A stretch of 64,000 nucleotides of DNA, from NCBI GenBank assembly GCA_963764165.1, contig CAVXRD010000002.1, forward strand, positions 3,072,001 through 3,136,000, read 5' to 3'. Position 1 is the first letter of the stretch; every line of letters starts with the position of its first letter. The notes beneath the pieces were generated by a model. The model did no database searches. It worked only from the letters and a program-made list of their open reading frames with translations, and was not told where the DNA came from. Shown here one piece after another: positions 1 to 9,169 of this stretch. The stretch comes from an uncultured Verrucomicrobiae bacterium (GTDB lineage: Bacteria; Verrucomicrobiota; Verrucomicrobiia; Limisphaerales; Palsa-1400). Both the position numbers and the translations under genes were made by a program.

Positions 1-640
1 CTGAAACCTCCAACTGGAAGAGCTTGATCACGAACTGCGGATCCGCCCGGGAGAGAATAATCTCCGGTCCGTGCGAGCCGCTTTCCACGGCTTTGACGTA
101 GCAGCGAATACGCTCGCCAATCTGGTATTCCTCGGTCGGCACGCGCTCCCGGTTGGGGAGCAGCGCTTCATATTTTCCCAGGTCAATGGTCACATCCGAG
201 CGCTCAAACCGGCGGACGACTCCGCTTAGGATATCGCCCACGCGGTCCTTGAACTCGGTGAAAATCAACTGTTTTTCCGCCCGGCGGACATGCTGCATCA
301 AAGCCTGCTTGGCGTATTGGGCGGCAATTCGGCCAAAGCCAGCCGGGGTCACTTCCACTTCCAACTGGTCTCCCAATTGCGAATCCGGTTTGATGCGCCG
401 GGCGTCAAAAACTGAAATCTGATCGTGCTTCGAGGTGACCTTCTCGGACACGACCAATTTCGCGAAAGCCTTGATATCACCGCCTTTGGTGTCGATAACG
501 CAGCGCAGTTCGCGGGCGGGGCCGACGGCCTTTTTGGCGGCAGAAAGCAAGGCTTCCTCGACGGCCTGCACAAGCACGTCGCGGCTGATGCCCTTTTCCC
601 GTTCCCAAAATTCCAATACGGCTAAAAAATCCGCGTTCAT
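1..640 (-). CDS. nusA: Transcription termination/antitermination factor NusA (5' part; runs off window)
   Basis: Manual reverse-strand translation from ATG 640: MNADFLAVLEFWEREKGISRDVLVQAVEEALLSAAKK...FGRIAAQYAKQ...GDILSGVVRRFE...IILSRADPQFVIKLFQLEV, which is the NusA N-terminal plus S1 domain. Not in the ORF track because it has no stop in the window. Confidence 0.95.
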   Translation of the reverse strand, partial: MNADFLAVLEFWEREKGISRDVLVQAVEEALLSAAKKAVGPARELRCVIDTKGGDIKAFAKLVVSEKVTSKHDQISVFDARRIKPDSQLGDQLEVEVTPAGFGRIAAQYAKQALMQHVRRAEKQLIFTEFKDRVGDILSGVVRRFERSDVTIDLGKYEALLPNRERVPTEEYQIGERIRCYVKAVESGSHGPEIILSRADPQFVIKLFQLEVS

Positions 641-664
641 ATCTGTTTTTCCCCATGTGGGGAA

Positions 665-696
665 TAAAAAAGTCGGCAGAACCTGGCTCTCCGACT
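665..696 (-). terminator. Intrinsic terminator-like hairpin in the nusA leader (putative attenuator)
   Basis: Minus strand AGTCGG-AGAGCCAGGTTCTG-CCGACT followed by a T run, lying between the promoter and the nusA ATG. Confidence 0.7.
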
Positions 697-741
697 TGCG
701 CGCTGAATCCGGTTCAGCAAAACAAATTTACTACGAATCTT

Positions 742-769
742 ATTATAGCCCACCGACCCGGTGAGTCAA
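742..769 (-). promoter_or_regulatory. Sigma70-type promoter for nusA
   Basis: Minus strand TTGACT-N16-TATAAT. Confidence 0.8.
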
Positions 770-811
770 CCGTAAAAAATCCAATCCCCTACCACGCCCT
801 CAGGGACACCC

Positions 812-1648
812 CTAGGGAACCTGATGGCCGTCGCAGGACCAATTGATGTCAGTCTTGCCGGGATCGGCAGGTTTGACGCCATTATTCCAGCATACGTAAG
901 GATATTTGTAGTATCTGGCGTGGGCATCGCTGAAAGATATAATTGAGCCGCCACTGTGCCGTGAGGAAAACCGCGTTGTATAGACTTGGGGCGTGCCCAG
1001 GTCAGTCGCGTTTTCTGACGTTCCATAATACGGTGTTTCGCCGATTAAGAGGCGGCCCTCGGCAAACATGACGAAAGCGGACGGATGCAAAACCATGCTC
1101 GACTTTAAGACTTCGTTGGTGGGATAGCCGTCCAGGGCCTTGGAGTTCATCCCATAATCAAAAATGACGCGCTCGGTCGGAAAGAGGGTCGGATCCAGCA
1201 CGGCGTCAGGGCAATTGAAGATCGACTTCATGGAATTATATTGCGAAATCCCGTTATCCGCCACGGCGGCATACCAGGAAAGCGGCTTTTCGTGGATATA
1301 TGGGGGCAGCGCATTGAACCAGGCGCCGTTGCCCTGGTTGGCGTAAAAGAAATCGGCCAGGTCTGCCCATGTGGGGTTGTCTTCGTTGTAATCCCCGCCA
1401 AGCGGCGGAGTGCCGTCTGGGATTTTGGTGGTCGGAAATCGCTGGGCGTTATCGTCCACATATCCGGTTTGGGCCACGGCCATCTGTTTGAGATTGCTCA
1501 GGCAGACCGATTGATTGGCGGCCTCTTTGGCTTTCGCCATGGCAGGCAGCAGCAAGGCGGCCAGAATGGCAATGATGGCTATCACCACCAGCAATTCAAT
1601 CAGCGTAAAGCCGGATTGTCGTTGTCTATTCATATTCACGTTTGTCAT
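812..1648 (-). CDS. Prepilin-type N-terminal cleavage/methylation protein, H-X9-DG class
   Basis: [30 protein letters not shown], and C-terminal [13 protein letters not shown] (DA variant of DG). Start 1648 or 1633. Confidence 0.9.
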   Translation of the reverse strand: MTNVNMNRQRQSGFTLIELLVVIAIIAILAALLLPAMAKAKEAANQSVCLSNLKQMAVAQTGYVDDNAQRFPTTKIPDGTPPLGGDYNEDNPTWADLADFFYANQGNGAWFNALPPYIHEKPLSWYAAVADNGISQYNSMKSIFNCPDAVLDPTLFPTERVIFDYGMNSKALDGYPTNEVLKSSMVLHPSAFVMFAEGRLLIGETPYYGTSENATDLGTPQVYTTRFSSRHSGGSIISFSDAHARYYKYPYVCWNNGVKPADPGKTDINWSCDGHQVP

Positions 1649-1697
1649 GTCTTGTGCGAGCCAAAGGACGTATGGCCAGCTAACCATGCATGAGGCT

Positions 1698-1795
1698 TGT
1701 GACAATCATATGAAGGGAATGTGACAATCGTGTGACAATTCCGACAGTGGGTAAAACGTCACCGAATTGTCACACCAGAGTCGTTGGTTTGCCAC
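1698..1795. promoter_or_regulatory. Bidirectional 11-bp-phased direct repeats (Pho-box/OmpR-family-like)
   Basis: TGTGACAAT at 1698, 1720 and 1731 (degenerate copy at 1709). Opposite-orientation GTCAC/GTCAC/GTCGT/GCCAC at 1758, 1769, 1780 and 1791. Confidence 0.7.
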
Positions 1796-1857
1796 GGAGA
1801 TAGAGGAGATTGCCCGCTCAGTCTTACGCGGTTAATTCAAATAACGAACACAACAGA

Positions 1858-4800
1858 ATGAAAACAATGAGACAATTCATCTTCGCGTCCGGCCTGGCTG
1901 CGGCCCTGATCACGGGCGCCCAGGCTCAGACCAACACCCCGGTTTTCACGCCCGGAAAGCTGGCAGTTTTGCGTGGCGGCGACGGCATCATCACCATCGT
2001 GACGGGCCGCCAGCACCCCATCTTCATCGACGAGTACGATCCTGCCATTTCAAATCAAGCCGCGCCTCTAGTCTCGCTGGAGTTGCCCACGAACGGGCCC
2101 AACGGCATCTTCATGAACGCCCACGCCGGCTCGGAAGGACAAGGGCTGACCCTTTCCGCGGACCACCGCTATCTGGCCACCTGCGGTTACTGCGGCGATA
2201 TCAATTCAATCGTCGGCACCCCTTCGAGCGCGACGAATTCCTCGGGACAGGGCTACAATCGCGGCTTCGGTGTTATCGATGCGTTCACAAACTTCAACGT
2301 TGTTTACCAGAGCGCCGAATGGTTCGGCATCGAGCCCGGCATAACGCAAAACAATCCCCGTGGATTGGCCACCGACGGCTCCAATGACTTCTGGGGCACT
2401 GGCACGATCGCCGGGACTCAAACTGGCGGCGGGTTCGTCGAAACGGGAACGCTGGCCTGGAATGGCAGCGGGCCCTACACCGTTCAAAACCTGGTCAATT
2501 CCGCATACTTCATGAGGATCGTGAACGGGGTTCTGTACATGGTGGCCAAGAATGAGGCCGGCGGCGCGCAAAACAATGGTGTTTATGATTTCGTTGATTT
2601 CAGCGGCACTGTCGTTCCCTTGGATTATGCCCCCGGGAATGAAGCCAGGGTGCTGAACACAAACCTGTTCCTGAATTTTGGCACGACTTACGCCAATGTG
2701 TTGACATTCGACATGGATCCGACCGGAACCTACGCTTATGCGGCGGACAACACTTATGGCATCGTTAAATTCGTCAACAGCGGCGGAACCTGGAGCCAGG
2801 CCTATTTGTTCAACTCGAACAACATCGGCAGCACCAGCAAAACGATCAATCCCAAAGGCGCCACCGGCTGCTTTGGCATCAAGGTCGACTTTTCCCAAAC
2901 CAACCCGGTCATCTACGCCACCACCATGGATGAAGGCGATGGCAAGAACACCTGCTCGAATCGCTTGATTTCGATTGTCGACACCGGCGTCGCCCCCAAT
3001 CCCACCAACATGATCGCCAAAGTGCTGGCCTTTGCCGCCAACACAAACGAAGTGCTGCGTGGCGTTGAATTCACCCCCGACCTTCTGCCCTACTTCCTCT
3101 CGCAGCCTGTCAGCACCAGCGTCACGACCAACGAGGCTGCCAGCTTTTCCGTCAGCGCGAGTTCGCCCTACTCGTTCACATATCAGTGGCAGGACAATGG
3201 AACCAATATCCAAAACGGCGGGGACGTCTCCGGCGTGAACACTGCCACGTTGAGATTCGCAGCCGCCACGCTGGCCGACGCGGGCAACTACACCGTTGTC
3301 ATCTCGAACCAATACGGCGCTGTTACAAGCCAGGTCGCGACTCTCGCTGTTTCCGCCACGGCCAATCCGCCGACGATCACCAATACTGTGGTTCATATCA
3401 CGAATTACATTGGCAATAACCAATCGTTCTCCGTGACACCAAAAGGCACGCCCCCTTTCTCCTTGCAATGGTACTTCGGAACCACCCCGCTCGTGGATGA
3501 CGGCATGAAATATTATGGCTCGACCAATTCGGCGCTCTACATCACGAATCTGACCTTGGCCGATTCCGGCAGCTATTACGTGACGATCAGCAATCAAGCG
3601 GGCGGGATTTCCAACTTGATCGCTGTGCTTACCGTTCAATACGTGTTGCCGAGCATTCCGCTCAGCGGCGAACCTCAGCCGCTCACCCTGCTCGAAGGCC
3701 AGACCGGAACACTGTCCGTCACGGGCGCCGAAGGCACCCAGCCGCTGACCTATCAATGGTATCAAGGCAGCACGGCCAATCCTTTGAGCGATGGGGGCGA
3801 CTTCCTCGGAACTCAAACTTCCACGCTGACGATCACCAACGCGGCGCTCAGCGACGCGGCTAACTACCTTTGCGTGGTCGCCAACGCCGGTGGCAGCGCG
3901 ACCAGTTCCGTGACGTCAGTGACGGTCATTGCTCCCCCGCCGCTTACTTATGTGGCCTACAGCAATCAGATTTATTCGCAGAACTTTGATTCGCTCCCCA
4001 ATCCCGGCACAGCCACCGTCAATACTGTCAGCGGCGGCGGGCCGACCACCATTGGCGGCATCACCTACGATCCATCCAATCCGTTTGACTTCGGCGCTCC
4101 GATTTACACCAACGCCAGCCAGCCGTCGGGAGGCTTGGGTCTCGCGGCGACGATGTCCGGCTGGTACGGCGAGTGCGACGCGGATTACGCGGCCGGCAAC
4201 GGCGCTCAAATCGGGGCCGCCGACGGCACTACAACGACCGGCGGCATTTACAGCTTCGGCCTCGCAACAAGCACAAACGCATCGCTTAATCGCGCGCTTG
4301 GATTGATCGCCACCGGATCATCGGGCGGCACGCATTTCGGCCTCAAGCTGATCAACGAAACGACCAACACCCTGGATTACGTCAGCATGCAGTTCGTGGG
4401 CGAATTCTGGAAGACCGGCACCAAGCCCAAGACGATGGTCTTCACCTACGACGTCGATCCGTCAGGCGATGCGTCGACGCTCTCGACGAGCGAACTCGCA
4501 TCGGCCGCCACGAATCCCGTTCCCGCGCTGACCTTCGCATTTCCGACGGCCGGCGTCGTTGGCGGAACGAACGGAACGCTGCCAAACAATCAGACCAATC
4601 TTTCGGTGACGAATCTGGCGCTGACCACGCCGTGGACTCCGGGTTCGGCCTTGTGGTTGATCTGGTCCATCAATGACGCCACGGGCAGCGGCCAGGGCTA
4701 CGGCATCGACAACTTCCTCTTCGCCGCCGGCGCGACCAATAACGTCTCGCTCGCCCCGCCTGCTGTGACCGCGCCGACACTCGGCAACGTGATATTCAGC

Positions 4801-5007
4801 TCCACCAACGGTTTGACCTTCACCTTCACCAACACGCCGGGCGCGAGCAGCTCGTTCACGATCCTCGAAACGACCAATCTGGCGCTGCCGGTCAGCCAAT
4901 GGGTGAACCTCGGAAGCCCAACGGAAGTTTCCGCCGGCACCTATAAATTCACCGACGGCCTCGCGACAAACAACGCGGCCCGATTCTACACGGTCGAGGC
5001 GCAGTAA
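1858..5007 (+). CDS. Large secreted protein: N-terminal beta-rich domain, three Ig-like domains, a beta-sandwich domain and a conserved C-terminal domain
   Basis: Signal peptide MKTMRQFIFASGLAAALITGAQA; three (Y/L)QW...D.G/A.Y.V Ig repeats; YSQNFDSLP...NRALG...GYGIDNF module. Confidence 0.85.
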   Translation: MKTMRQFIFASGLAAALITGAQAQTNTPVFTPGKLAVLRGGDGIITIVTGRQHPIFIDEYDPAISNQAAPLVSLELPTNGPNGIFMNAHAGSEGQGLTLSADHRYLATCGYCGDINSIVGTPSSATNSSGQGYNRGFGVIDAFTNFNVVYQSAEWFGIEPGITQNNPRGLATDGSNDFWGTGTIAGTQTGGGFVETGTLAWNGSGPYTVQNLVNSAYFMRIVNGVLYMVAKNEAGGAQNNGVYDFVDFSGTVVPLDYAPGNEARVLNTNLFLNFGTTYANVLTFDMDPTGTYAYAADNTYGIVKFVNSGGTWSQAYLFNSNNIGSTSKTINPKGATGCFGIKVDFSQTNPVIYATTMDEGDGKNTCSNRLISIVDTGVAPNPTNMIAKVLAFAANTNEVLRGVEFTPDLLPYFLSQPVSTSVTTNEAASFSVSASSPYSFTYQWQDNGTNIQNGGDVSGVNTATLRFAAATLADAGNYTVVISNQYGAVTSQVATLAVSATANPPTITNTVVHITNYIGNNQSFSVTPKGTPPFSLQWYFGTTPLVDDGMKYYGSTNSALYITNLTLADSGSYYVTISNQAGGISNLIAVLTVQYVLPSIPLSGEPQPLTLLEGQTGTLSVTGAEGTQPLTYQWYQGSTANPLSDGGDFLGTQTSTLTITNAALSDAANYLCVVANAGGSATSSVTSVTVIAPPPLTYVAYSNQIYSQNFDSLPNPGTATVNTVSGGGPTTIGGITYDPSNPFDFGAPIYTNASQPSGGLGLAATMSGWYGECDADYAAGNGAQIGAADGTTTTGGIYSFGLATSTNASLNRALGLIATGSSGGTHFGLKLINETTNTLDYVSMQFVGEFWKTGTKPKTMVFTYDVDPSGDASTLSTSELASAATNPVPALTFAFPTAGVVGGTNGTLPNNQTNLSVTNLALTTPWTPGSALWLIWSINDATGSGQGYGIDNFLFAAGATNNVSLAPPAVTAPTLGNVIFSSTNGLTFTFTNTPGASSSFTILETTNLALPVSQWVNLGSPTEVSAGTYKFTDGLATNNAARFYTVEAQ

Positions 5008-5032
5008 TCTTGCATGCGACTTCGGTCGGACG

Positions 5033-5060
5033 ATGAGGGCGGGCGAAAGCCCGCCCTCAT
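5033..5060 (+). terminator. Strong intercistronic hairpin (12-bp stem, GAAA loop, weak U tract)
   Basis: ATGAGGGCGGGC-GAAA-GCCCGCCCTCAT followed by TCTT. Confidence 0.55.
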
Positions 5061-5092
5061 TCTTCCAACTGTTTGACATTGAGAAGATAACC

Positions 5093-5707
5093 ATGAAAAT
5101 CACGCCCATGAATTGGACCCGATTTAGCCAGATCGCTTTGACGCTTTTTGCGTCTGTTGCGTGTTGCCTCGCCGAGGGATCGGCGGGATTGAGAGACACG
5201 ACGATTCTGCTGATTCGCCACGCCGAGAAACTCGAAACCGGGATGGACCTTTCGCCAGAAGGGTTTAAGCGGGCGGATGCTTACGTCCAATACTTCCACG
5301 ATTTCCAATTGGACGGCAAACCGCTCAAGCTGGACAGCATCTTCGCGACCGCCGATTCCAAGAACAGCCGTCGGCCGCGCCTGACGGTCGAGCCGTTGGG
5401 CAAGTTTCTGCATTTGACAGTCAACTCCACTTTTAAAAACAAGGCAGCCGATCAGTTGGCCGAGGAACTCAAGGCCAAGCCGCATGGCAAAGACATTTTG
5501 ATCTGCTGGCACCACGGCCAGATGCCGGATTTGATTCGCGATCTCGGGGCAGATCCCGAAGCATTGCTGCCCGGAGGAAAATGGCCGGACACTCAATTCG
5601 CCTGGGTCATTGAATTGCGCTACGACGCCGAAGGGAAATTGCTCCCCGACCAATGCCACCGCATCGAAGAACATTTGATGCCAGGCGACCCGATGGCGGC
5701 GAAGTAG
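5093..5707 (+). CDS. Exported histidine phosphatase superfamily protein
   Basis: Signal-like N-terminus; LLIRHAEK catalytic motif, R-P-x-x-T-V-x-P and ILICWHH. Confidence 0.8.
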   Translation: MKITPMNWTRFSQIALTLFASVACCLAEGSAGLRDTTILLIRHAEKLETGMDLSPEGFKRADAYVQYFHDFQLDGKPLKLDSIFATADSKNSRRPRLTVEPLGKFLHLTVNSTFKNKAADQLAEELKAKPHGKDILICWHHGQMPDLIRDLGADPEALLPGGKWPDTQFAWVIELRYDAEGKLLPDQCHRIEEHLMPGDPMAAK

Positions 5708-5715
5708 CTCCCCTT

Positions 5716-5778
5716 GAAGCGCAGGCTTCCAAGCCTGCATGTGGTGTTACGGCAAGCAGATTTGGAAATCTGCGATAC
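5716..5778. repeat. REP-like inverted doublet between convergent genes
   Basis: GCGCAGGCTTCCAAGCCTGC ... GCAGATTTGGAAATCTGCGATAC; each half is a hairpin. Confidence 0.6.
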
Positions 5779-5788
5779 GCAGAAGGCG

Positions 5789-7144
5789 CTACGGACTCCG
5801 CTTGGCCGCCCTTTGCAGCCACACATCGACGCGCGGGGCATTCCAGTTATACGGCTTGTCCAATACGTCCAATTTGCCGTCGCCGTTCAGGTCAGCCACG
5901 CGTGCTTCGTGAAAATCGATGCCGGTGGAGAATATGGTTTTCTTGAAGTTCCCTCTGCCGTCGCCAAATAAAATCCACGCGGTGGCCGTGGGATTATCGG
6001 GGTTTTTCTGGCCTTCGCTCCACTTGGCCATTTCGGCGGCGAAGATGTCGAGGTTGCCGTCGCCGTCGATGTCCGCCACTTGCAGGCTGTGCCCGTGGAC
6101 CATGTCGCGATCCAGCAAATCATGGCCAACCCACGCGCTGCTGTTCTCCGGATTGCCCACGCATTGGTAAAGGCGCAGCGGGCCGATGCCGTCCCCCGGC
6201 GCGATGATCACCTGCGGAATTTTCCCCGGCTTGAATTTTCCCGCCGCAATCCGCCCGCCGATGATGCCGATTTGGATGGCATCGAATTTTTCCCCGCCGC
6301 GATGCTTGAGCCACAAATTTCCCGCCAGCAAATCCACTTTGCCGTCTCCGTCAATATCGCAGACCGCCATCCCTTCGGCGTAATGGAATCCGTTCTTGCG
6401 CGCTTCGCCGGCCTCGCCCGAGAATATTTTGGTCAGCGGCCACGGGCCTGAATGGCGCGGATCGGGCGGAATTTCGGCGAGGTAAATTGATTTGTCGCCC
6501 TGGTTCCAAAAGGCAAGTTGCGGTTTTCCAAGGCCAAGAAAATCGCCCACGGCCTGATCGTGGTGCTGGGTTGCGCCGCCCTTCTTGATGACATGGCGTT
6601 TCCACGAAACGCTGGGATTGTAATTGGAGCCGGGATTTTCCCACCACCAGACTTCGTCGCTTTGCCAGTCGCCGCCGAAAATCACGTCGGGATGTCCGTC
6701 ATTGTCCACGTCGCACACCACGCCGCCGGCTTCGACGGAGAGGAAATTCGATTCGATCACGTAGCGATCCCATCGGCCGCGCGCGGGACGGAACCAGACA
6801 AGCGCAGGCGCCCTCTGGCGAAAGCTCAGGATGAAACCATTCGTGCCGTCGTGGGCAAAGTCGCCGACTACCGCGCCTGTTTGCTGCGTCGAGGTTCCGG
6901 GGACGGGAAGATCGCCCGTTGAACTGGAGAGGTGCTGCCATTGGAGATCGCCAGCGTGGGCGGAGAGCAGAAGAGTGAAAAGCAGCGTCAACACTACTGC
7001 GGCTAAAGGTAGGGACGCCTCGCCGAGGCGTCCGGCGCCGTGGTATTTTTCGGACGCGTTCGGACTTGCGAATGTCCCCGGACGCCTCGGCGAGGCGTCC
7101 CTACCTCGCTTCGCTAAGCACGACAGTTGTCCGCAGTTTTTCAT
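5789..7144 (-). CDS. Exported FG-GAP/VCBS repeat protein
   Basis: Repeated DxDxDGxxD motifs (DVDNDGHPD, DIDGDGKVD, DIDGDGNLD, DLNGDGKLD); hydrophobic signal ending AHA; ATG 1 nt after the uvrD stop. Confidence 0.85.
   Translation of the reverse strand: MKNCGQLSCLAKRGRDASPRRPGTFASPNASEKYHGAGRLGEASLPLAAVVLTLLFTLLLSAHAGDLQWQHLSSSTGDLPVPGTSTQQTGAVVGDFAHDGTNGFILSFRQRAPALVWFRPARGRWDRYVIESNFLSVEAGGVVCDVDNDGHPDVIFGGDWQSDEVWWWENPGSNYNPSVSWKRHVIKKGGATQHHDQAVGDFLGLGKPQLAFWNQGDKSIYLAEIPPDPRHSGPWPLTKIFSGEAGEARKNGFHYAEGMAVCDIDGDGKVDLLAGNLWLKHRGGEKFDAIQIGIIGGRIAAGKFKPGKIPQVIIAPGDGIGPLRLYQCVGNPENSSAWVGHDLLDRDMVHGHSLQVADIDGDGNLDIFAAEMAKWSEGQKNPDNPTATAWILFGDGRGNFKKTIFSTGIDFHEARVADLNGDGKLDVLDKPYNWNAPRVDVWLQRAAKRSP
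7007..7106. repeat. GTAG-type REP doublet (REPIN-like) within the 5' coding region
   Basis: AGGTAGGGACGCCTCGCCGAGGCGTCCGG (7007-7035) and its exact inverse (7078-7106). Confidence 0.85.
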
Positions 7145-7145
7145 A

Positions 7146-9152
7146 TCAATACGCCGAAGGCGGGCGCAAATCCCAGCGCTCCAGCAATTCGTCCGGCAGT
7201 TCCTTGAGGAATCTCGACGGCAATTGCGCTTGCGCCGTCCATGTCCCCCGGGCCACGCGGATCAGCGGATATGTCAAATATAATTCATCCCGCGCCCGCG
7301 TGATGGCGACGTAAAACAAGCGCCGTTCCTCTTCTTCGCCATCCAATTCCTCCACCGAGCGGGCGGAGGGAAACGAGCCGTCCGCCAGCATGATGATGAA
7401 GACCACATCGAATTCGAGGCCTTTGGCTTGATGAATGGTCGAGAGGAGGACGCCGTCTTCATCCGACGGCTTGGGATCGTCGCCTTCGGCGTCGGCGGTC
7501 GTTTCCAGGGACATCTTCGTCAAGAATTCCTCCACGGTCTCGAATTGCACCGCGTAGCTGGCGAGCTTGTCCACGTCTTCTTTTCGCGCCTGATAATTGG
7601 CGAATTTCTCCTGCATGTAATCCTCGTAGCCCGCCTCCAAAACGAGCCGGATCATGCTGGCCGCGCTCTTGCGGGTGGCTGGATCTTCTAATTGACTGAC
7701 AGTGGCCGCGAGCTGCGCCCACGGCCCGGTGGATTTGTTGGGAACGACCGCGCGGATGCCAGACAAAACATTTGCCACCGGTTCGCCGGCAGCAAATTTG
7801 GCCCGGAACGCGTTCCAGATTTTTTCCGCCGATTTTGCGCCGATGCCGGGCAGCAGGCGGACCATCCGCTTGAAAGCCGATTCATCGCGGGGATTGATGA
7901 TGAATTTCAGATGGGCGGCAATGTCTTTGACATGCGCCTGCTCCCAAAAACGAATGCCGCTGGTGATGCTGAACGGAATGTTCCGGCGCGTCAGCTCCAA
8001 CTGCAATTCCAGCGCGTGAAAATGCGAGCGGTAGAGCACGGCAATTTTGTCAAGCGCACGGCCTTCCTCGCGCAATTCCAGGAGGCGCTGGGCCACGAAC
8101 GCCGCCTGCATCGTTTCATCCACGCAGGCGACCAGGGCCGGCTTCGCGCCCGATGGGCGGGCGGCGGCGAGTTCCTTGGGAAATTGCTGCGTGTTGGCGG
8201 CAATGGCGGCATTGGCCAGCCGCAATATTTCCGGCGTGCTGCGGTAATTGGTTTCAATCCGGTAGACGACTGATTTGGCGTGGCGCTCGGGAAACTTGAT
8301 GATGTTTTGAAAATGCGCGCCGCGCCATGAATAGATGCTTTGCGAATCGTCGCCCACCACCATGAGGTTGTCGTGGCGGGAGGATAGAATATCGAGCAGC
8401 GCGCCCTGAATTTTGTTGGTGTCCTGGTATTCGTCCACCATCACAAATTGAAACCGCCGCTGCATTTCCTCGCGCACGGTTTCGTGCTCGCGCAGCAGCT
8501 TCAGCCACAGCGCCAGAAGATCGTCGAAATCCATCGCGTTGGAGGAGCGCTTGCGCTCTTGATAAGCAGCCAGCAAAGCAGTCATGCGCGGCGCTTCCTC
8601 GAGGAAATAATCAAATTGTTTCCGCAAAATGTTTTCGACCGGCTCGTCTTTGTTGACGGCCAGCGAGAAAATATCGCCGAGAACATCCGTCTTCGGAAAA
8701 TGCTCGCTCTTCTGGTCTATGTCCGTCTCGTCCACGCACGCCTTGAGCAGCTCCCGGGCGTCGTCGCGGTCCAAAATGGAAAAATCCGCGCCGAAGCCAA
8801 TATGCCCTGCGTATCGCCTCAGCACCCGCGCGCCGATGGAATGAAACGTGCCCCCCCAAAGCCCCGACAATTCGCCGCCCAGCAGATCATTGACGCGCAG
8901 CATCATCTCGCGGGCCGCCTTGTTGGTGAACGTCAACAATAATATGGCCTCCGGCGGAATGCCCTGCTCCAGCAAATAGGCCACCCGGTAAGTCAGCGTC
9001 CGCGTTTTGCCGGAGCCCGCGCCGGCGATCACGAGGGCCGGGCCGGGCGGCGCGGTCACGGCTGCGTGCTGCTGCGCGTTCAGCTCCTTTTCGTAATCGA
9101 TCCGAAGCGTGGCCGGCTGCCGGGACGGCTGTAAAATATATTCTCGCGGCAT
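7146..9152 (-). CDS. uvrD: UvrD/PcrA/Rep family ATP-dependent DNA helicase
   Basis: AGAGSGKT, TFTNKAA, VDEYQDTN, VGDDSQSIYSWRGA, NYRST, TIHQAKGLEF, EERRLFYVAITRA. Confidence 0.95.
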   Translation of the reverse strand: MPREYILQPSRQPATLRIDYEKELNAQQHAAVTAPPGPALVIAGAGSGKTRTLTYRVAYLLEQGIPPEAILLLTFTNKAAREMMLRVNDLLGGELSGLWGGTFHSIGARVLRRYAGHIGFGADFSILDRDDARELLKACVDETDIDQKSEHFPKTDVLGDIFSLAVNKDEPVENILRKQFDYFLEEAPRMTALLAAYQERKRSSNAMDFDDLLALWLKLLREHETVREEMQRRFQFVMVDEYQDTNKIQGALLDILSSRHDNLMVVGDDSQSIYSWRGAHFQNIIKFPERHAKSVVYRIETNYRSTPEILRLANAAIAANTQQFPKELAAARPSGAKPALVACVDETMQAAFVAQRLLELREEGRALDKIAVLYRSHFHALELQLELTRRNIPFSITSGIRFWEQAHVKDIAAHLKFIINPRDESAFKRMVRLLPGIGAKSAEKIWNAFRAKFAAGEPVANVLSGIRAVVPNKSTGPWAQLAATVSQLEDPATRKSAASMIRLVLEAGYEDYMQEKFANYQARKEDVDKLASYAVQFETVEEFLTKMSLETTADAEGDDPKPSDEDGVLLSTIHQAKGLEFDVVFIIMLADGSFPSARSVEELDGEEEERRLFYVAITRARDELYLTYPLIRVARGTWTAQAQLPSRFLKELPDELLERWDLRPPSAY

Positions 9153-9169
9153 GCGGAGGATGTTGCGGC

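Noticed and set aside
2206..3816. Long antisense ORFs (also 37468-38439, 44222-45292, 47625-48719, 61340-62638)
   Set aside because: They overlap well-supported genes on the opposite strand, have no motifs, and are expected from high-GC codon bias.
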